64,000 bases of DNA from a virus, in the IMG/VR virus record IMGVR_UViG_3300050343_000243, positions 15,463 to 79,462 of that record, one strand, 5' to 3'. How positions within the stretch are numbered: the first letter of the stretch is position 1; every line of letters begins with the position of its first letter. Position numbers and translations under genes: made by a program. A model generated the notes under the pieces. The model was not told the DNA's origin, made no database searches, and saw only the letters and a list, made by a program, of their open reading frames with translations. Below, in pieces: positions 10,213-20,150 of this stretch.

Positions 10213-10560
10213 ATGCAGCGGATAGACGTCAAGGTTGACGAACGATTTGCTGCTGTCCTCAAAGGGTACTGCGCTTATTGGGGTCTGACTCTGGGAGAAC
10301 TCATGTATGAGGCTGCCAAACAACACGTACACTCATCTGCGCAAGTTTGTACACTTGCAGATGACTTAATGCGAAAGCACGGAGTAATTGCTGACAAGCG
10401 TTCAGCCAAGCACTGTTACGGCTATCTTTGCCGTTGCTGCAAGCATCAGCTTATGTGCAGAACTGGCCTGTATCAAAACGAATGGGAGATTGCTGACGAA
10501 CACAAGCACTTGCAAAAAGATCAATCAAACGATTACCCCCTTGACTCCTATAAACAATGA
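10213..10560 (+). CDS. Putative RHH-like regulator with Cys-rich C-terminus (paralog 1)
   Basis: Beta-strand plus helices at N-terminus; CYG..C..C.H...C.TG.Y...WE shared with next gene. Confidence 0.65.
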   Translation: MQRIDVKVDERFAAVLKGYCAYWGLTLGELMYEAAKQHVHSSAQVCTLADDLMRKHGVIADKRSAKHCYGYLCRCCKHQLMCRTGLYQNEWEIADEHKHLQKDQSNDYPLDSYKQ

Positions 10561-10874
10561 AAAAACTTCAAGTCCAAATGCCTGACCCATGTCATGCGGT
10601 ATTAAAGGACTATGCCAATGCTTGGGGCATGACAATGTCTGAAGTGATGTATGAAGCCACTCGTTGCTTTATGCACAAACATTCAGAGAATTGTGGATAC
10701 ATCAATTCATTATTTACATTTAGACGTATCAAAGCTGATAAACGACTTACCAAAGAATGTTATGGACATCCTTGTTTTGCCTGTGAGCACTTAGTTGCTT
10801 GTAAAACAGGACAATACAAAGGTGGCTGGGAAATGTCTGAAAAAGTTTCTGAGTACATCAATCTGAAAGCATAA
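10557..10874 (+). CDS. Putative RHH-like regulator with Cys-rich C-terminus (paralog 2)
   Basis: Aligns by eye with upstream gene (AVLK.Y...WG.T..E.MYEA). Confidence 0.65.
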   Translation: MKKLQVQMPDPCHAVLKDYANAWGMTMSEVMYEATRCFMHKHSENCGYINSLFTFRRIKADKRLTKECYGHPCFACEHLVACKTGQYKGGWEMSEKVSEYINLKA

Positions 10875-11243
10875 TTTTTTTTGCCTGAAAGCTTAACAAT
10901 AAGTTAGACGATTGATATCTGTATGTCTCGATATATTTAATCAAAAAAATGTATCAACGCAAACGTTGCGCTTGTGGCGTGAATAATCATACTTTCATTG
11001 TCGCTTGTCTGCGGCCTTCACAACTGATCGAATACATGACTACAAATAAACACCCACAAATCTCACATTTAATTGTCTCGTTTATGACAAGCATGAATAG
11101 CATGAGCAGGGTGTTGTTACACAACAAGTCTCAAAAATAAAGGCACACCTAGTTGCTTCACTTGTATAGCAATTATTGCCCCCTCCGGGGGCTTGATCCT
11201 TTCGTGCGCTTTGAAAAAAGCGTGTTCTTTATATGTCAATTCA

Positions 11244-12188
11244 ATGCCCGCAAATTTCACATCTGGCTGGCTCGGCAACGGCGAACGTGCATGGCACGAA
11301 ATGGGGGTCGTCACCGACGGCACCCTGCCAGCGCGAGAAGCGTTTGAAACTGCCGACGCTTTATTCACAGTCGAAAAGCGAGAACTTCTCGTTCCAGTCA
11401 CATTTAACGGACAAGCCTCAGTTGCCGCATCAGGCACCTACGGAGTTGTCCGTACTGACAGTCAAGGATTACTCGGTGTTGTCAGCAAGCAATATGAAAT
11501 CGTTCAAAACGATTCGCTCCTTCGGATGGCTGAATTCATCCGCGAGGAGGCAGACATGGACTGCGTCATCGTTCTATCGGACGGAGCCAAAGTCTGCTTT
11601 ACCGCCACACTCCGTGGTGCGGAGACGGACATCGTCCCTGGCGACACAGTCAAACGACGCATCGTTGGCTATCTAGGACACGACGGCAAGACTGGTTGTG
11701 GTGCAAAGTTCACCAACATCCGTGTTGTCTGTCAAAACACACTGACTGCCGCTCTCAATGAGAGTGGTGCTCAATCAAGCATCACCCATAAGGGTACTGC
11801 CAACGCTAACTTCGATGCTCTTATCAACAGTATTGACGTAGCACGGCAAGACTTTGCCGCTGAATGTGATCTGATGCGTGAGTTTTCACGTACCCACATG
11901 AGTGCTACTGGCTTCAACGAGTTTGCTGACCACGTTTACAACATCAGTGAAGGTGAAGTATTTCGCAAACGTCAGAAGCTAGAGCAAGCATTCCGTGCTG
12001 GTTATGGTTCGGAGTATGCCTCATTCTCACTATGGAATGGCTTGAATGCCATCACCCAAGTAGAAACAAGCACCCGTGGCACTACAGCTGCCAAGGGTAG
12101 AGCACAGTTTGCACGTGGCACCTTTGGTTCTGGTGCTGTTATCAGCAAAAAAGCTTTCTCTGTTGCACGTGACCTAGTTACTGGCTGA
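11244..12188 (+). CDS. DUF932 / TIGR03299-like protein
   Basis: AWH..G, LGVVS..Y..VQN, HDG, IRVVCQNTL, LWN..NA.T motifs. Confidence 0.85.
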   Translation: MPANFTSGWLGNGERAWHEMGVVTDGTLPAREAFETADALFTVEKRELLVPVTFNGQASVAASGTYGVVRTDSQGLLGVVSKQYEIVQNDSLLRMAEFIREEADMDCVIVLSDGAKVCFTATLRGAETDIVPGDTVKRRIVGYLGHDGKTGCGAKFTNIRVVCQNTLTAALNESGAQSSITHKGTANANFDALINSIDVARQDFAAECDLMREFSRTHMSATGFNEFADHVYNISEGEVFRKRQKLEQAFRAGYGSEYASFSLWNGLNAITQVETSTRGTTAAKGRAQFARGTFGSGAVISKKAFSVARDLVTG

Positions 12189-12264
12189 TAGAAATACAAT
12201 TGGGAGTACTTAATTGTGCTCCCTATTTGTTAGCTTAAGGTTTCATCCATAATATGAATTATTT

Positions 12265-12606
12265 ATGTTATCTAAAATCTTTGGTGTTACTAGTGCCGTT
12301 CTATTGGCTCTGTCTACACCCGCAACCGCTGCAAGCACTATGCTTACGAGCTGGTATGGACCATACTTTCACGGTCGCCTCACTGCGAACGGAGAAGTGT
12401 ATGACCAAATGGGATTCACCGCAGCACATAAAACTCTCCCTTTCGGAACGAGGCTACGGGTCTGTTATCAAGGATGTGTCAACGTCCGAATTAACGACCG
12501 TGGTCCGTATATCGGGGCTCGTGAGCTTGACCTCTCTCTGGGTGCTGCTAAAACAATTGGATTAGTAGATCCAGGCGTTGCAAATGTTCAGGTTACTTAT
12601 CTCTAA
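12265..12606 (+). CDS. rlpA: RlpA-like lytic transglycosylase (DPBB)
   Basis: SWYGP.FHGR.TANGE, TAAHKTLPFGT, INDRGPY..R.LDLS. Confidence 0.92.
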   Translation: MLSKIFGVTSAVLLALSTPATAASTMLTSWYGPYFHGRLTANGEVYDQMGFTAAHKTLPFGTRLRVCYQGCVNVRINDRGPYIGARELDLSLGAAKTIGLVDPGVANVQVTYL

Positions 12607-12904
12607 TTAACCACAATCGTCTGCTCCCGAAGATAAACTAAAAACAGTTCAAGGAGATACAAATGTCTAGAACAACTAAACATCCCATTACCAAAAATTG
12701 CTTTACTGATTTAGAGCACGAACGCAAAGAACGTAAACAACAACGCGCACAGAATATCGAGCTACTTAATGCTTCACTCGACTTAATCGTTAAAGAAAAT
12801 TAAGTATTTATACGCCGTTATTTGTGCATTTCTTAACATAGACTAGTTAAGTAGCGTTAACCACACGTGAGTATTACCCAAAAATAAAACACCGCACTAA
12901 TTAA

Positions 12905-13990
12905 ATGGCTTCATCAATCTCAGTAGCACGCACAGGCGTGCAATCAAACTGGGAGGAGTTTTGTAAGTGGGTAACATCAACTGACAACCGCCTTTATGTG
13001 GGCTGGTTTGGCATCTTGATGATTCCTACGCTCCTCGCAGCAACTATTTGCTTCATTATCGCCTTTGTAGGCGCACCACCTGTTGATATCGATGGCATTC
13101 GTGAACCAGTTGCAGGATCGCTCCTGTACGGAAATAACATTATATCGGGAGCAGTTGTCCCGTCTAGCAACGCAATCGGTCTGCATTTTTACCCAATCTG
13201 GGAAGCGGCTTCATTGGATGAATGGCTTTACAACGGAGGCCCATTCCAACTCGTTGTCTTCCACTTTCTCATCGGTATCTTCGCTTACATGGGACGCGAA
13301 TGGGAACTTAGCTACCGGCTAGGTATGCGCCCCTGGATCTGCGTTGCATACAGCGCACCTGTGGCTGCAGCTTCTGCCGTATTTCTTGTCTATCCTTTTG
13401 GACAGGGATCCTTCTCTGACGCAATGCCTCTCGGCATCTCCGGTACATTCAACTATATGTTGGTGTTCCAGGCAGAGCATAATATCCTTATGCATCCGTT
13501 CCACATGTTGGGCGTGGCTGGTGTCTTCGGCGGCAGCTTATTCAGTGCTATGCACGGTTCTCTTGTTACATCATCTTTGGTGCGTGAAACCACCGAAAGC
13601 GAGTCCCAGAACTACGGTTATAAGTTCGGACAAGAGGAAGAGACCTACAACATCGTTGCAGCTCATGGCTACTTCGGTCGATTGATCTTCCAATATGCTT
13701 CGTTCAACAACTCCCGTTCATTGCACTTCTTCTTAGCAGCATGGCCTGTCGTTGGTATTTGGTTCACCGCATTAGGTGTATCCACAATGGCCTTCAACTT
13801 GAACGGCTTCAACTTCAACCAGTCCATTAACTCTGCTGACGGTCACGTCATCAATACCTGGGCAGACATTCTGAACCGCGCAGGTCTTGGAATGGAAGTG
13901 ATGCATGAGCGTAACGCTCACAACTTCCCTTTGGATCTTGCCTCTGCAAGTACCAGTCAAGTCGCATTGACTGCACCATCCATCGGTTAA
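12905..13990 (+). CDS. psbA: Photosystem II D1 protein
   Basis: Full-length D1 ([31 protein letters not shown]); uninterrupted. Confidence 0.99.
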   Translation: MASSISVARTGVQSNWEEFCKWVTSTDNRLYVGWFGILMIPTLLAATICFIIAFVGAPPVDIDGIREPVAGSLLYGNNIISGAVVPSSNAIGLHFYPIWEAASLDEWLYNGGPFQLVVFHFLIGIFAYMGREWELSYRLGMRPWICVAYSAPVAAASAVFLVYPFGQGSFSDAMPLGISGTFNYMLVFQAEHNILMHPFHMLGVAGVFGGSLFSAMHGSLVTSSLVRETTESESQNYGYKFGQEEETYNIVAAHGYFGRLIFQYASFNNSRSLHFFLAAWPVVGIWFTALGVSTMAFNLNGFNFNQSINSADGHVINTWADILNRAGLGMEVMHERNAHNFPLDLASASTSQVALTAPSIG

Positions 13991-14012
13991 TATCAACTCG
14001 GAAGAGTTCCAC

Positions 14013-14036
14013 AGCCTCACTTCAGTGGGGCTTTTT
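14013..14036 (+). terminator. psbA terminator
   Basis: AGCCTCAC-TTCA-GTGGGGCT followed by T-tract. Confidence 0.85.
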
Positions 14037-14052
14037 AATATCAAGAATTAAT

Positions 14053-14271
14053 ATGGCTAAAAGTGAATTCATCGATCAACTAGCATCAGCTATGGAACAA
14101 CTAGGATTTACATCTGATGTTCCCTTAGATATTGCTATTGCCGGTGGCCAGGTCTACGAGATCGAAGGTACTGGCACTAAGTGGTCACCTAAAAAAGGTA
14201 CCCGCAAATACAACAATGATGCATTCATTGTTATCCGTAAAGTTACACCTGTTATATCTTCCAATGCTTGA
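14053..14271 (+). CDS. Hypothetical protein
   Basis: 72-aa ORF. Confidence 0.7.
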   Translation: MAKSEFIDQLASAMEQLGFTSDVPLDIAIAGGQVYEIEGTGTKWSPKKGTRKYNNDAFIVIRKVTPVISSNA

Positions 14272-14476
14272 ACTTCTCACTTATTACGTGATCGGAGGAG
14301 CACTACTTGTTGGTGCCCCTGCTGTATTTTTCCTGATTGCCTTTATGCCTGCATTGCAAAACACAAAAGGTAGGATGGTTGGATATAAAGATCACAAGCA
14401 ATACGGTGACATCTCTTCCTATGAGAATGCACCTGTAGATCAAACAAAGTTTTATCTGGTGCTGTCAGATGATTAA
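14264..14476 (+). CDS. Small membrane protein
   Basis: MLELLTYYVIGG... hydrophobic N-terminus; part of ORF 14132..14476. Confidence 0.6.
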   Translation: MLELLTYYVIGGALLVGAPAVFFLIAFMPALQNTKGRMVGYKDHKQYGDISSYENAPVDQTKFYLVLSDD

Positions 14477-14708
14477 AGTACTATTAGCTGCTTCATTGCT
14501 ACTTGCTGGATCATCAGTACTAGCAGAAGAAACACGTTGGCCTAGCTATTGCATACGTTCAGTAGAACAGAATGCTGCTGGATATCTATTAGATATGCCT
14601 GGCTGGCCTTATGGTATGGATAACAAACCAATGCAAGTCTCATCATTAGATAGGCTTGACAATACAAACGAATGTTCACCTAACGACCCAAGAATAAGCA
14701 ATGATTAA
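14469..14708 (+). CDS. Secreted hypothetical protein
   Basis: Signal-peptide-like N-terminus. Confidence 0.55.
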   Translation: MIKVLLAASLLLAGSSVLAEETRWPSYCIRSVEQNAAGYLLDMPGWPYGMDNKPMQVSSLDRLDNTNECSPNDPRISND

Positions 14709-14955
14709 AGCACTCTTCAGTCTTATGTTCGCTGCACTTATGTGGGTGCAAGTCCCACAGTGGAGTGATGACTGGAGCAAGTGCTCCGTTGATGTCCCTG
14801 ACGTTGCTTGTCATTGGTATATCACGGCACCTGATTCAACTATGGGTGAAGGATTTAGCTGGGCTAATGCACCTTGGTTCTCTGTTGAAGGCTTGCGTGA
14901 CGTAAGTCAACTAACAGATACCGTGCAATCTATACAAACAACCCATAATCTGTAA
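14701..14955 (+). CDS. Cyanophage-type hypothetical protein
   Basis: QVPQW.DDWS.C.VDVPD..CHWYI motif. Confidence 0.7.
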   Translation: MIKALFSLMFAALMWVQVPQWSDDWSKCSVDVPDVACHWYITAPDSTMGEGFSWANAPWFSVEGLRDVSQLTDTVQSIQTTHNL

Positions 14956-14974
14956 GTCCTTGCTATATTTAATC

Positions 14975-15072
14975 AGGGACTAATAAGTCTCTAGAGTAGT
15001 AAGCAAGGATAATAACTTGTTTGTTTCATAGGTTGTATCAATGGGTGTAAGCCTCACTTCGGTGGGGCTTTT
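14975..15072 (+). ncRNA. Candidate small RNA
   Basis: Extended -10 TGCTATATT at 14961-14969, two hairpins, terminator at 15049-15072, no ORF. Confidence 0.35.
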
Positions 15073-15105
15073 CATTAAGTGTTAACTGTACCCCAATAAA
15101 TAATT

Positions 15106-15390
15106 ATGAAAAGAGAATCTCCGGAGTTTTGGGGAGCCTTATGGGGCTCATCTATTGGGTGTGGCGTTATCGCCATACTCGTACTGCTTACATCATGCAA
15201 AGTAAATGACAGATTTGCGGCAAGTATCATCGACGATTCAGCTAACACAAGCTGTGTCGCTGGGTATGTGGAAGATACGCCCGGTAAAGGCACGATTGAT
15301 ATCTATACCGAGACCATCGGTACTGAAAGTATCTCCAACGTTAGCATTGAAATTGCAGATGAAATCTCTCACTCAATCGGCAACTGCTAA
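15106..15390 (+). CDS. Hypothetical membrane or lipoprotein
   Basis: Hydrophobic segment ending LTSC. Confidence 0.55.
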   Translation: MKRESPEFWGALWGSSIGCGVIAILVLLTSCKVNDRFAASIIDDSANTSCVAGYVEDTPGKGTIDIYTETIGTESISNVSIEIADEISHSIGNC

Positions 15391-15529
15391 TGGACTTTAC
15401 TCAAGAAGAACTAAATGATATTCGTGCTGCAGTAGTTCTCTATATGCAGAACAATATCTCAATTAGAAATCCTCGTTACCAAGAGTTCGAGGTTATACTA
15501 AAGAAGCTTAATAAAACATTACAAGAGAA

Positions 15530-15721
15530 ATGACTACAATTACAGAAGACGGCGGAAGAACAAATATCTACGCCAAAGAACCACAAGTACAAGTAATGGA
15601 GGTCTCCGTGACACACAACGAAATCGCTGAAAAACTAAATGGACGGCTTGCAATGCTGGGTGTTATCGCTGCCATTGGTGCTTATGCTGTCACCGGTCAG
15701 CTGGTTCCCGGCGTATTTTGA
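15530..15721 (+). CDS. hli: High-light-inducible protein
   Basis: AEKLNGRLAMLG and TGQLVPGVF motifs. Confidence 0.96.
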   Translation: MTTITEDGGRTNIYAKEPQVQVMEVSVTHNEIAEKLNGRLAMLGVIAAIGAYAVTGQLVPGVF

Positions 15722-16261
15722 TTGGTCTAATGGGTTCTATTCAGGACCTGCACTAATGATTAAACTATCGCAATGGTAGTTGTGAATGCCCCCTCCGGGG
15801 GCTATATTAAATAGGTGCCCGGCGATTGGGCCTGAACATATATATTTCAATTGAATGCAAATATCAAGAGAGCAGCTTGCGGAACTCCGTGAGCTCATTG
15901 AAGACACAGCAGAATACTTCTGCGACGAAAACAAATTGTCTGGCGAACTCGCATGGACATGCATCGAATGTTTAGCCACTGCAAAGCTGGCTGAAATGCA
16001 AGGTCTCATCACAGCGGATCAAGCCTGATGAAGGATTCCCGTGGTCTTGCAGAACTATTCATGCACTTTGTTCGTCAACTGATAATCGAAAATGAAGCGG
16101 ACAACCCACAAGAGTTGTACCAACTAGTGGCTGATCGCAGTCAAGCAGAAGCCAATCGATTGATGGCTTTAGATCCTGATCGCAACAAATAAAACTTATG
16201 CCCCCTCCGGGGGCTTGATTCTTCCATGCCCATATGGGCTTCAACTACATCCAAACTAACT

Positions 16262-16906
16262 ATGACTATCGCTCCTGTTAATACCTCTGTTCTTTCTCAA
16301 TTCATTGGCGAAGTACAAGACAGCTACGACATGATGATCGGCATCGCTCTTGTCAAAGAGTCCGATGCAGTGTTCTTCGAGTACCAGGGCGACAAGCAAC
16401 AGCCTGTGCCTCTCATGCTGTCGAACGGTCGTCCTCTCACATACCTGCGGAACGTGCGTCTGGGTGGTATCAGCATTGCCGAAGACATTGGTGAGTTCAA
16501 CTCCACCAAGCTCAACATCATTCTCGAAGCTGGCGGCAAGCGTGTACTTGTTACCTCTGGTCTCACTACTCTCTGGTCTCAAGCTGTGATGACTGGCCTC
16601 ATGGGCATGTTCAACAGCTACGACCTTGATACTCCTTTCACTCTCAACACATGGAAGGGTACCTCGAAGATGCGACCTGCATTCGCTTCTATCAAGCTTG
16701 CTGGTGACGTCAAAGTTTCTGATCAGATGCTGTACGACCAGCTCTGTGAACTCCGTAGTGATCGCGCTGCCGACAAGATCAAAGCTGTCATGCGTGACTC
16801 CGTAGAGATCCTGGCCGCTGGCCTGGCTGGTGGTATGCCTGCCATCAGTGTTGTTGTCGAAGAGCCCAAAGCTCTTACCTCTGTTGAGGAAGCTCTCGAC
16901 TTCTGA
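16262..16906 (+). CDS. Hypothetical protein with strongly biased codon use
   Basis: Follows hairpin 16200; long ORF ending LDF. Confidence 0.8.
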   Translation: MTIAPVNTSVLSQFIGEVQDSYDMMIGIALVKESDAVFFEYQGDKQQPVPLMLSNGRPLTYLRNVRLGGISIAEDIGEFNSTKLNIILEAGGKRVLVTSGLTTLWSQAVMTGLMGMFNSYDLDTPFTLNTWKGTSKMRPAFASIKLAGDVKVSDQMLYDQLCELRSDRAADKIKAVMRDSVEILAAGLAGGMPAISVVVEEPKALTSVEEALDF

Positions 16907-17066
16907 ATGACTAATCGGGTAGTCACCGAGATGCATGCAGCACGTAGGTATCTAACCAACGTGCTCTTGCACTTAAGTGTTGACGCAGACAATCTCACTG
17001 TCTATCAGTTGATCCAATTACTTGATCACTTTGCAGAACACCCAAATGAATACATCGAACTAACCA

Positions 17067-18499
17067 ATGACAACTATCTCTGAACTACCTGACTATGACG
17101 TCCTCGATGTCGTACTCCTGTGCCACGCAGCACTGGCCCAAGACTCACCAGAATTTCCTACGCACTATCTCAACCAGATACTCAACATCATGTTTGGTTA
17201 TCTCACTAGCGATCAGCGCCAGGAAGTCGAAGTGTACCTTGCTGAAAAGAAGTATCTACCTCCACTGAAACTACACCGTCCTAACTCATGATTTGCATTC
17301 AACAACAAGTTTGGATTACCAAAGAATCCTTTGAAGACGAGGAACTTGCAAAAAAAGAATTGGAGCTGCTCAATCGTCGTTTAATTAATGGTGAACAACG
17401 TACAGCCTTTCGTCTAATCACTAAATCATGACACTCTCAGTAATTGAACAAACCAACTTTCGTAACTACATCGTTCATCGATTGATGCTTGAAATCGAAC
17501 GTCTTATTCCTGAGTACATAAACACTAATCAATATCTCATTGAGCATATTGAAGACAAAGGCTATGAGTCTGTCGAAGAATCTTACGTCCAAGACGCAAG
17601 CAACATCACCTTTACCTGGCCACCTGACCCTTTTGGAAGATCATGAACCTATCAACTGACCAACTCGAAGACTTTCGATGGCATCTACGCAATGCTTTAG
17701 ACAATAACATTCTTGAGGAAATCAACTTCTATGTAGATCAAGTTGCATCACAGCTGCATAATGATAATGAAGCTAAGCGTGCACAACTTATAAATACATT
17801 GTGCGATGAGGCTCAACTATTACGTATTACCTTTGACGACGAATGAAAGACTTTGACGTAGTTTATGTAGATCAATCAGGTAACAAACAAGACTATGTAG
17901 TTACCGCTATCGATACCAATACAGCGATTGCAAATACATTAGAGCTTCGCTCTGATTGTCGTCGTGTAATTCGCTGTGCACCTAAACCAATGTTTGAAGA
18001 TGACAATTAACCATCACGTAATTCTGACAGAAAAAGAACAATTGATTGCTGTCCAAGCAGTTGATTTTTTCTATCGCTACTTCAAAGGAACTATTGAATC
18101 AGATGACTTTGAACAAAGTCGTCTAGCTGCTCGTGAATACGGGCATGAATCAATCAGTGACCTAGCCACCAAAATTGCTACCTCAAACTAATGTTCAAGC
18201 TCAACACCGAGATGGAAGCAGTTCCTGTGACTGCTCCTGAAGTTCGCACTGTCTTCAATCCGGTCACACTAAATGAAGACGAGCACCTTGCTTACGATGC
18301 TGAAATCCAGTACAAACGTAAGCCACCTGCTGTTCGCATGATTATGTGCAGCAGATTAGATAATGTAAATGTCGGTGAACCTGTGATGATCTCCTATCAC
18401 ATGGGCATGCGTTGTTACCAACATGCGCGGCATTTAGTAATATCTAATAGTGAGAATTGTATTGGTGGTTTCTATTACACCAATGGACAACCTGCATAA
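17067..18499 (+). CDS. Run of small hypothetical ORFs (17067-17291, 17428-17646, 17643-17846, 18000-18191, 18191-18499)
   Basis: Tightly packed + strand ORFs, several with overlapping stop/start. Confidence 0.6.
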
Positions 18500-18502
18500 C
18501 TA

Positions 18503-18850
18503 ATGATGAAAAATTACAAGCTCTATGTTTTTACCCAAGACGGCTGTGCTCCATGCACTCGTCTTAAAGATCACGTTTCTACCCTCACTAATGATGAGCA
18601 AGCTGAACTGGACTTTGTTCCTCTTAAAACGCCCACAGGCAGCCGTACAGCGCTTGCGGAGGAGCTTGCGGTGGAGTTGTCACCAACACTCGTCGTTGTA
18701 CACGAGGAGGTCTCTTGCAAACTTGATGAAGATGGTGACGAAGACTGCGACTATGTCGAACAGTCAGTCGAAAGATTCGTTGGGGCGAACAGCATCATCG
18801 AACATCTCCAAGCAACATTAGACGCCTACACCTACGCACATCCTGAATGA
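18503..18850 (+). CDS. Thioredoxin/glutaredoxin-like protein
   Basis: CAPC active site, SPTLVV cis-Pro motif. Confidence 0.8.
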   Translation: MMKNYKLYVFTQDGCAPCTRLKDHVSTLTNDEQAELDFVPLKTPTGSRTALAEELAVELSPTLVVVHEEVSCKLDEDGDEDCDYVEQSVERFVGANSIIEHLQATLDAYTYAHPE

Positions 18851-19022
18851 CAATCGACTTAACCCGAGAAGAGATGATCGACCGGATTATTGAAGAACAA
18901 TATGATGGTATGGATTACAAAGCTCTTTGGCACTTCTTTGAGTGGCATCAACAGCGTGAATACGCTGACTACAAGACAGAAGAAATTGAAACTGAATACA
19001 AAGAACTGTTTTCCGAAGAAGA

Positions 19023-19444
19023 ATGACACCTAACGAACGCGAAGAGCTTATATTTGATTTAGCACAGGCAAGAGTAAGCAAACTATCTCACGCAGGCATC
19101 TTTGCCATGGCTGTAGATCAGATGTGTGATCTCTTGAAGAATGAACCTGATGAGCAATTGCTCAAGGTTTCACTTGGCTATGCACCTAAAGAGAAGAAAA
19201 AAAAGAAAGCTAAAGGATTCTAATGAAAATATATGTCAACTACAACGTGAACGTCTCGTACACGGTTCCGATTGAACGTGAAACTCTTCCAACTGAAGAT
19301 GAGTTGCTTGAATCAATTACTAGAGACGAGCTTTGCGGAGGCGATGGTGAACTGACTTGGGATGCAATTAAAGATGCATGGAGATTCTCCGATCCTTCAG
19401 ATGTCATCGTCACTGACGACGAATTCAATGAACTATATATCTGA
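19023..19444 (+). CDS. Two small hypothetical ORFs (19023-19223, 19223-19444)
   Basis: Coupled by TAATG overlap. Confidence 0.6.
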
Positions 19445-19447
19445 CAA

Positions 19448-19672
19448 ATGGCTAAAGCAAATGTCATCCAAGCTAAAGGGGTGATTAATAAAGAAAGCGG
19501 CAACGGCTTCTTTCGTGTTGAACTCGAAGATCCTGCAGGACACCTGTGCCTTTGTCGTGCGTCAGGTAAACTTATTACTAGAAAAATTCAACTACTTGTA
19601 GGTGACAGAGTCACAGTAGAACTCTCTCCATATGACTTAGATCGTGGTAGGATTGTTCTCCGAGAGAAGTGA
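19448..19672 (+). CDS. infA: Translation initiation factor IF-1
   Basis: F.VELE, SGK...I.LL.GD.V.VELSPYDL.RGRI. Confidence 0.92.
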   Translation: MAKANVIQAKGVINKESGNGFFRVELEDPAGHLCLCRASGKLITRKIQLLVGDRVTVELSPYDLDRGRIVLREK

Positions 19673-19712
19673 CTCTCGTTGCTTATAAGATAAACAAACT
19701 GATCACTATATT

Positions 19713-20150
19713 ATGTCCCGACTAGAAGAAGCCAAGCAGTTTCGTGAAACGTTTGGCCAAGAGATACTACCGAATATCTCCCGCTTTGGGTTTATCAAAA
19801 CTCCACTGTGGAAAATGCAAATCAATCTTATCAAGGAAGAAGCATCTGAATTCCTTGTAGCAGCTGACGAAGTATATGCAGACCCTGAAAAAGATCCATT
19901 GCGTTCAGAGCTCCTCAAAGAGCTCTCTGACCTTGTTTTTGTTTGCTATCAGTTTGCTGCTACTTATAACCTTGATTTGGACGAGGCTTTACGTCGCGTT
20001 TACGAATCTAATATGAGTAAGCTAGACGAACAAGGCCACGTCATCTATCGAGAAGATGGCAAGGTTCTCAAAGGACCTAACTATAAAAAGCCAGATCTCA
20101 ACGGACTATTCCCTTCCTCTAATACTCTCTACGACACTCATGGAAAATAA
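19713..20150 (+). CDS. MazG-like NTP pyrophosphohydrolase
   Basis: LIKEE..E, KEL.DL, SNMSK, REDGKVLKGPNY. Confidence 0.85.
   Translation: MSRLEEAKQFRETFGQEILPNISRFGFIKTPLWKMQINLIKEEASEFLVAADEVYADPEKDPLRSELLKELSDLVFVCYQFAATYNLDLDEALRRVYESNMSKLDEQGHVIYREDGKVLKGPNYKKPDLNGLFPSSNTLYDTHGK

Noticed and set aside
12905-13990. Intron or atypical D1 variant in psbA
   Set aside because: ORF is continuous and full length with the usual conserved motifs
541-16214. Integron attC sites or sigma70 -35/-10 promoters as the identity of the repeats
   Set aside because: No RYYYAAC/GTTRRRY ends, and no consistent -10 hexamer 16-18 bp after the TTKA-like word
16256-16936. 226-aa antisense ORF (also 5333-5749, 57159-57632, 62781-63266)
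   Set aside because: Shadow ORFs arising from codon bias of the real gene on the opposite strand; no motifs
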